Part shown: in pieces, positions 51,319 through 64,000 of the stretch | Position numbering within the stretch: position 1 is the first letter of the stretch | How the letters are laid out: every line of letters begins with the position of its first letter | Notes under the pieces: generated by a model | The model's database searches: none | What the model was told of the DNA's origin: nothing | What the model saw: only the letters and a program-made list of their open reading frames with translations | Assembly (NCBI GenBank): GCA_002269645.1 | Contig: NIVC01000365.1 | Coordinates: forward strand, 62,001-126,000 | Length of the DNA: 64,000 nt | DNA from: Macrostomum lignano | Taxonomy: Eukaryota | Direction of reading: 5' to 3' | Program-made: the position numbers and the translations under genes

Positions 51319-54300
51319 TTACACCTGCAGCATCATCTGCATCGCACGGAGGGCCTTGTAGCTTCCAATGCATCTCGAGGCCATGTAGGAGGCACCTGGC
51401 TTTAGCGTGGTTGAGTACACACCGTTCGGGTTGATCCTCAAGCAGCTGCTCCACCAGAAGCCGCCGCTCCCGTAGTTGGTGCTGCAGCTGTAAGGAGCAG
51501 CTTCGTTGTCCCTGTCGAAGGTGGAGAACTGCTGGCCTCGATGGTGAGACAAAAAGTCGCAGTTGATGGTGGAGTTGACCCTCATGAAGCTGCTGTAGTT
51601 CATCCTGTAGTTCGTGCTGGAGTCTCCGACGGTGAAGTCGAGAAATTCGAACGCATAGAACCCTCCGTCGAAAGTCAGAGCCTCGACTCGTAGGTTTCTC
51701 TGGCTGGTCGCAGTCACATTGTGGATATTTTCAAGACCTGCAATTTGCGTTGTCACGAACTTGCACGGTTCGAATGAAGACTTCAATAAACAGGTAATGT
51801 CTTGCATTCGGCACTGAAGATACTCACCAGCCCAGAACTCCGTGGCATTCCCAAAGCCGCTGACGTAGTCATCCCAGTTCCTGTTGAAGGCGATTTGACC
51901 CGTCTGTCTCTGCTGGAACACCCAGAATGTCCGGCCGCCGATCCGCTGCCGGTATCCGGGACTCATGACGGGAAAAACTGGAGGGGTGAACGGAGTGCGC
52001 GTTGGTCACCATGAGCGTGAATTGTTAGTTTAATGGCAGTACTGAGTTGATTGTATCAACAACTGGTTTAAATGACTTTCCGTTCAACTTAAATTTGCCT
52101 TGGTTTGCTCTGAGAAAACCAGCTTTAGTACCCCGGGGGCTAGTTTTGCTGGTTTGTGCGTGCTCGAGGTTTGCGTGGGGTTGTACTTTGTGTCGTTTTC
52201 TACCCTCCTGTGTGCAGCGGCCCTCCCCCCGCCTGCTGAGGGTTTTTTGCCCCGGTTCGTAGGACCTCCTGCGTTCCGGTCCTCGTTAACCTTTAGTCAA
52301 TTGATTTGCTGAATCATGTCTGACTCTGTTAAGGTCCTACGTGAGAGGCTACAAGGTCTAGGCCAACGCATGACAACAAGGGTGAACTGATAGAACGCTT
52401 CTCTCGTATCTCAGCATAGTCAAACATTGGCCTCTGAACTGCAAAGTGAAGAAGCGGAGGCATCTGACCAGTACGAGAGCGGGCGAGATCGACGGTTTAA
52501 AAAGGGAACGAGGTGGCCGAGCTTCCGAGCGACGCGGGAGTAGCGGCGGCAACCGGAGGCCCTGGGTCTGGCGTGGCTGGCGGCCTGGTGGACATACTGC
52601 GAGAGACGCCGCCGCTACTCCGATGACTGATCTCGTGACTCGCCTGGGTTTTACTTTCAACTGGGGTAAGTGTCAGCGGCCCTCTTAGCGTATGTCCTTC
52701 TTGGGTGTCGAAACCGTCAAATGAGAAGGTGGAGAAGCTTGTCTGTCTGCTAGAGTTGGAAGCGGGAAAAATTAGAATTAGTTGTTGCAGCATGTCATTG
52801 GTAAGCTCGGTTAGGCGGCGCAGGTTTATCTGCTCTGGGCGTACGTTCATGCGGGAGTTGATCGAGTGTTGTAATGCTCTTAAGCCAGTGCAGCGGATCA
52901 AAATCGATGAGCGGCTGCGGAGCCTTTTTCAGTGGTAGACAGTCTCGTTGAAGTCATGTGGTGGTCGAATTGTGGCCCTGGTACGTGAATGATGTAGCCA
53001 TCGAGTCGGATGCTTGCGGATGCCTAATGGTTGCTGGGACTGGTGATATGTGGACTGGTTGATAGATGCGGACTCGGCGTTTGTAGAGCTGCCTATCAAC
53101 TACAAGGAAGCGGTGGCACCGCTGCTGGGTGTCATTCGCTGGAGGGAGCAGCCCAATGGATCCTGGATCAGCATCTATTGCGACAACCAAGCCGCCTGCC
53201 ACGTTATCAACAAGGGTTTTCAAAGTTTTCAAACTACAGCGGCTGCTGCAGACGGTGGCGCGCATGTGCCTGCGCTATTGCATGAGTGTTCGAGCCTTCC
53301 ACGTGGCGGGCGAGTTCCAGATTTTTGCGGATGCGGCTTCTAGGCTGCATGAGCCTAGACAGTTGTTAAAATTTTTACTCCGCTGTCATGGTTCTGTGTA
53401 CCAGTGGACACTGGCGACCCTGCACATGCATGCTTTCTGCCCGTCGCATCCCTTCATTTACCGGCCGCCAAGCTGCGTCGGACCCTCTCAGCCATCGCGC
53501 CGCCTCGCTGCTGAGCGCCTCGTATGCGCCATCATCAAGGAGAGCCATCAACAGACACCTCCTGGAGTGGCGTGAGTTCTGCCTGCGATCTGGTTGGGAC
53601 TCGGTCCACTGCCCTGTGGTAGCATTGCTCAACTATCTGGCTGACCTTGTGGGCACCCGGATGCGCTCCTTCAGTGGTGTTTCCTCTTTGACCAGCTCCC
53701 TGTCGCTGTGGTTCCGAGTCAACTCTGCGCCAGACCTGACCAAGCATGCTGCCACAGCACTGCTTCTACGTGGCGCCAAGCGCGAGTTGGGACTGCGAGC
53801 TACCAAGAAGCGGCTGGTATCTCCCTTCGTGCTGGCGGAGCTGCACTACCAAGTCGACGGTGCTCTGTTTTAATTTTTTAATATTTTTCTTTTTTCTCCC
53901 CCTTTTTTCTCGTCTTGCCTTTGGAGGCTGTTGCTTCGCCTCTGTGTTCCTCTGTATTCTCGTGGTGTTCCTTTCGGGCTGGGTACTACGAGTAATGCGT
54001 ATTCTCACGGATTTAGGTTTTTTGCATGGCTAGAAGTATGGGCAGTAGTAGTATATGGGAAGTGTGTAGGAAGCGTGTCTGGAGTGTGTAAGGATTGTAT
54101 CTGGAGTGCATATGGGCAGTACATCCTGATTGCATTTTGCAATTTCAAAATTACAAACACTTCAAAAACAATTTGAAGTTCACTAATACTAAAACCGAAT
54201 TAGCAATAAATATTCACCAGTATTCTTGCGTTTCCACTGCACTGTCCCAGCACCGGATGCGGCGCAGTCGGCACTGTTGGAAAGGACGCAGCCTCCGTTG

Positions 54301-54556
54301 ATGAAGCGGAACGAGAGCCAGACGCTGGACTGAAGGCTTTTAATCGCACAGTCAGTTTCGCTGCGAGCGCTCACGGTGACCGAGCTGGCAGCAGCGCACG
54401 AGGCAGTGGCGGTGACTGCGTCGAACTCGAAGGCTTCTTGAGAAAGAAAGAGTTGGGCAGAGGAGGAGCTAGGATATTCCTAGATATTTCAACAAACTTA
54501 CCCTGATTAGCTGCAAGAGCTGCAGCGAACTGAGCAACGAGAAGCACAGTGAGCAT
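51319..54556 (-). CDS. Secreted PAN/apple-like + fibrinogen-related-domain protein, copy C (ORF intact, 279 aa; retroelement in intron 2)
   Basis: Exons 54502-54556, 54218-54433 (AAG acceptor), 51828-51977 and 51319-51737; 840 nt open with matching phases. Intron 2 is 2240 nt versus 325 nt in copy A. Confidence 0.8.
52097..53990 (+). mobile_element. Internally deleted DIRS/Ngaro-type tyrosine-recombinase retrotransposon
   Basis: RT remnant LVTRLGFTFNWGKCQRPS; RNase H-like ISIYCDNQAACHVINKG and FHVAGEFQIFADAASRL; YR N-terminal SAM-like region LLSASYAPSSRRA...WREFC...LLNYLADL...LLLRGAKR (53500-53873). Multiple frameshifts. The intron sequence of copy A resumes on both sides; boundaries are approximate. 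Confidence 0.8.
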
Positions 54557-55324
54557 GCTTTTGAGTTGCTTGCAGAGCTGATGAGGATTCTGCAGATCTC
54601 GGGCCGGTCTCGGGCTGGGCTGGGGCCGCCGCTCCCGCTGTGGCCGCTAAATAGCCCTGCCGTGCTTGCCGCTCCGCTCCTAGCAACGCATCAGCAACCC
54701 CAGCCTCTCCCTTGATGAAGCCAGCACTATCCATCCTCAAAACCTGTCCGCATCATCCTATCTCTTAGCTCCTCATCAGCTTCCATCTTGATATTTGATA
54801 GTTGAAAATAAATATCTAGGTATGCGTATGGTAAAAGAGAATATACTGGCATTTTCCGCTGGTACGCGTGAGAAGCGAGAGTGAGAGTGAGAAGAGAATA
54901 GATGGCACAGAGAGTCAGAAGTCACACAAATGCAGCTCATAGACACCTGAGACTTGAAATCGCTGAGCTGTGGTGTGAAATTTCCAATCTGCAACTCCGC
55001 AATGGAGATGCGGCAGCGTTGCTAGGAGCGGAGCCGCAAACACCGAGCAGATCTGTTTCATGTTTTCACGTTGTTCTCAATTTTCAGTTCTGTGCTTGCT
55101 CACGCAGCTGAGCCGGGTAAGGTTTTGGAATGTCATGTATTTACTCATCATATTTCTCTGTTAATAGTAATGATAGACGCTGTGAGTACCATGGCGCGAC
55201 GCATTTCTGCACAATCCCGCTGACTCCTGAGCACACAAGAGTACTGTACGCAGGTACGCACTGCTGCACACGCTCACGCAGGGTGTACAGCCACCCTGAC
55301 TTTCAAATCAGAAGGATTTAATGT

Positions 55325-56695
55325 GTCCCTCAGGCTCTGATCTGTGTCTCTCAGGCTCTGATCTGTGTCTCAGGGTCTGATCTGTGTCTCTCAGGCTCTG
55401 ATCTGTGTCTCAGGGTCTGATCTGTGTCTCTCAGGCTCTGATCTGTGTCCCTCAGGCTCTGATCTGTGTCCCTCAGGCTCTGATCTGTGTCTCTCAGGCT
55501 CTGATCTGTGTCTCTCAGGCTCTGATCTGTGTCTCAGGGTCTGATCTGTCTCTCAGGCTCTGATCTGTGTCTCTCAGGCTCTGATCTGTGTCTCAGGGTC
55601 TGATCTGTCTCTCAGGGTCTGATCTGTCTCTCAGGCTCTGATCTGTGTCCCTCAGGCTATGATCTGTGTCCCTCAGGCTCTGATCTGTGTCCCTCAGGCT
55701 CTGATCTGTGTCCCTCAGGCTCTGATCTGTGTCTCTCAGGCTCTGATCTGTGTCTCAGGGTCTGATCTGTCTCTCAGGCTCTGATCTGTGTCTCAGGGTC
55801 TGATCTGTCTTTCAGGCTCTGATCTGTGTCCCTCAGGCTCTGATCTGTGTCCCTCAGGCTCTGATCTGTGTCCCTCAGGCTCTGATCTGTGTCCCTCAGG
55901 CTCTGACTTGTGTCTCTCAGGCTCTGATCTGTGTCTCAGGGTCTGATCTGTGTCTCAGGGTCTGATCTGTGTCCCTCAGGCTCTGATCTGTGTCCCTCAG
56001 GCTCTGATCTGTGTCCCTCAGGCTCTGACTTGTGTCTCTCAGGCTCTGATCTGTGTCTCAGGGTCTGATCTGTCCCTCAGGCTCTGATCTGTGTCCCTCA
56101 GGCTCTGATCTGTGTCCCTCAGGCTCTGATCTGTGTCCCTCAGGCTCTGATCTGTGTCCCTCAGGCTCTGATCTGTGTCTCTCAGGCTCTGATCTGTGTC
56201 TCAGGGTATGATCTGTCTTTCAGGCTCTGATCTGTGTCTCAGGGTCTGATCTGTCTTTCAGGCTCTGATCTGTCTCTCAGGCTCTGATCTGTGTCCCTCA
56301 GGCTCTGACCTGTGTCTCTCAGGCTCTGATCTGTGTCCCTCAGGCTCTGATCTGTGTCTCAGGGTCTGACCTGTGTCTCAGGCTCTGATCTGTGTCTCTC
56401 AGGCTCTGATCTGTGTCCCTCAGGCTCTGACCTGTGTCTCTCAGGCTCTGATCTGTGTCCCTCAGGCTCTGATTTGTGTCCCTCAGGCTCTGATCTGTGT
56501 CCCTCAGGCTCTGATCTGTGTCTCTCAGGCTCTGATCTGTGTCTCAGGGTCTGATCTGTCTCTCAGGCTCTGATCTGTGTCTCTCAGGCTCTGATCTGTG
56601 TCTCAGGGTCTGATCTGTCTCTCAGGCTCTGATCTGTGTCCTTCTGGCTCTGATCTGTGTCCCTCAGGCTCTGACCTGTGTCTCTCAGGCTCTCA
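55325..56695. repeat. 19-21-bp minisatellite (CTCTGATCTGTGTCCCTCAGG)
   Basis: About 65 copies, intergenic. Confidence 0.95.
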
Positions 56696-57086
56696 TCTGT
56701 TGTCTGACACAGCTGCCTGACGCAACTTTCTGACACAGCTGTCTGACACAACTTTCTGACACAGCTGTCTGACACAGTTTCCTGACATAGTCGGCTTACA
56801 CAGTTTTCAAGCGAAATTTTAATTCAGATCGGAAATCAACAAGCATGCCAATTTCCATTGAAGGATTGTCAGTGATTGTTCGACAAAATCTCGAACCATC
56901 TCAACTCACTCGTTCTGTACTCAGAGGATTCGAATTTTTTTTCTATAACAACAGCAATTGGAGCAAATTGTCAGTAAAGTAATACCGAAAACTAATCACA
57001 TGGTTGAGGTAAAGGAATCAGAAGAGGATCATTAAGGAGCAACAGAGGAACCAAAAGGTTTTTCAACAGCGGTCAGTTTGATCGAG

Positions 57087-61971
<4,885 letters not shown>

Positions 61972-62789
61972 CTGAATGCGCGGAGTGAATTGCAATCATC
62001 TTATTTTGCGTAGGTGGCCTGATGCAGCTCTCAACTGCAGAGAAGCTCAGCGCTAAACTGCCTGAGCTCAATTCCGTGCTCGGCCACCTCAAATCTTTAT
62101 CAGTTGGCAATAAAACTGCAAATCTGAATTTAGCTCAGTCTTGATAGCCTCTACTTGTAAGTAGTGTAGCATGCATTCTAGCTCGTGAGATGTAAGCTCT
62201 AACACCGGCTGTAACGAGTCCCACTTAGTAAGGCAGAGCCAGCCGGTGCAAATTGCTAAGATTATGGCTGCGGCACGGCTGCGCGCCCAGCCGCCTCGGA
62301 CTGAAGACTGCGAAGAAGGCTTCTTCTTCTTTTCATCGGGTCAGGCGCTCGGCTTTTTGGTGAGATAACCAAGCCACTTTTCTGCTGGCTCATCTGCAGC
62401 AGGAAGCCCCTCCCTAGTCCTGGACAGCGGCGGAACTCGGGCCCCCGAATTCTTAGAAAAATAAGTTGTTCCAAAAATTTAACAGCGGAGTTTCAAGCTG
62501 AAATTTAAGAATGATTTTCCATGAACTGCGCCCAAGCAAGTGGAGAGGTGAGAGAGATTAGCGGAAACAGGATGCGATCGGGCAGGGTCACGCAAGGAGC
62601 AGCTCAGGGAGCTCGTGAGTCGGGCGCCACCTAGGCAAGGAGTTGAAATGACCAACGGTGTGAAAGTGCAAATTTAAACACGATTTATTTGCACTTTATT
62701 TGCAGCTGAAGCTGTAAAAGCAGTTTGAACCAGAAATTCTTGTGCGCTCAAGGATTTTGGAGCCGTGGAAGAAACAGGATTCATGCATG

Positions 62790-63482
62790 AGGTCCCACCT
62801 AAAGTCCCACTTCAGGTCCCATTTCAGGTCCCAATTCAGGTCCCAATTCAGGTCCCACCTAAAGTCCCACTTCAGGTCCCATTTCAGGTCCCAATTCAGG
62901 TCCTAATTCAGGTCCCACCTAAAGTCCCACTTCAGGTCCCATTTCAGGTCCCAATTCAGGTCCCAATTCAGATCCCAATTCAGATCCCATTTCAGGTCCC
63001 AATTCAGGTCCCAATTCAGGTCCCAATTCAGGTCCCAATTCAGGTCCCAATTCAGGTCCCACCTAAAGTCCCACTTCAGGTCCCAATTCAGATCCCAATT
63101 CAGGTCCCAATTCAGATCCCAATTCAGGTCCCAATACAGGTCCCAATTCAGGTCCCAATTCAGGTCCCAATTCAGATCCCAATTCAGATCCCAATTCAGA
63201 TCCCAATTCAGATCCCAATTCAGGTCCCAATTCAGGTCCCAATTCAGGTCCCAATTCAGGTCCCAATTCAGGTCCCAATTCAGGTCCCAATTCAGGTCCC
63301 AATTCAGGTCCCAATTCAGGTCCCAATTCAGGTCCCAATTCAGGTCCCAATTCAGGTCCCAATTCAGATCCCAATTTAGATCCCAATTCAGGTCCCAATT
63401 CAGGCCCAATTCAGATCCCACTTCAGGTCCCATTTCAGATCCCAATTCAGGTCCCAATTCAGGGATCACAATTCAGGTCCCA
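62790..63482. repeat. 12-bp minisatellite (CAGGTCCCAATT)
   Basis: About 57 copies; gives the VPIQ/WDLN/GPEL pseudo-ORFs. Confidence 0.95.
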
Positions 63483-64000
63483 CTAAAAAATTCTAGGGAT
63501 TTCGAGATCCAAAAACCTTGTGAATCCTACGTGGTTACTTTTTATAATGAATTAACTGCAAAACTATATTAGAATACACAGCAAAGGTAGCCGTACAACT
63601 CCAGGGGTTCGGCCACCCAGATCTGTTGCCCATCTCTCTCGCTCGGTCCTTCACTCCCGCAATCCGACTGAGGCGGCTGATCAAAGCCCTGGGCTCGCAT
63701 ATTTTTTTAATCGCAGTTTCTGATAGCCCTCGGGCCTCTTCAGCCGGGGTCATCAAAGTCGTTTTCGGCGGAGAGGTCGACTCTGACTCCGCCTGTAGCG
63801 CCATCAAAGGCTAATTAATCTGACTTTTGCAGAGGCGCGGCTTCTCCGCGTAGAAGTTCCGGAGCAGGAAGAGACTGAGGAGAGGACAGCTGACGGTAAG
63901 AAAAAATTCACGAACAGATGAGGCAGTTGAAAGAAATAAAAAGATTGGCTGCAATGAATTCAAGAGGGGGGTGAAACGAGTTTGAATTAATGACTCGGGG

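Noticed and set aside
63535-63807. 90-aa minus-strand ORF as the first exon of the GPI gene
   Set aside because: No signal peptide, and no convincing phase-compatible donor linking it to the downstream exons.

Overview
Eukaryotic genomic DNA with GC-rich, low-complexity exons and introns packed with tandem repeats. This resembles a free-living flatworm such as Macrostomum (inference from style only). Splice-phase reconstruction by eye gives these genes: (1) the 3' part of a Quaking/How STAR-family RNA-binding gene (+), with two possible C-termini; (2) a 14-exon NCLX/SLC8B1-type Na+/Ca2+ exchanger (-) of about 897 aa with a very long cytosolic loop; (3) a 2-exon, 208-aa single-pass membrane protein (-); (4) a tandem cluster of secreted signal peptide + PAN/apple-like + fibrinogen-domain (FReD) genes (-), made up of one pseudogene, two intact copies and one inverted 3' fragment, interleaved with decayed DIRS-type tyrosine-recombinase retroelements and a LINE ORF1 remnant; (5) a putative GPI-anchored, Cys-containing surface protein (-) with at least 9 exons and an unresolved 5' end. 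Most long ORFs in the supplied track are read-throughs of mini- or microsatellites, not genes. All family assignments come from recalled motifs, not database searches, and repeat boundaries are approximate.
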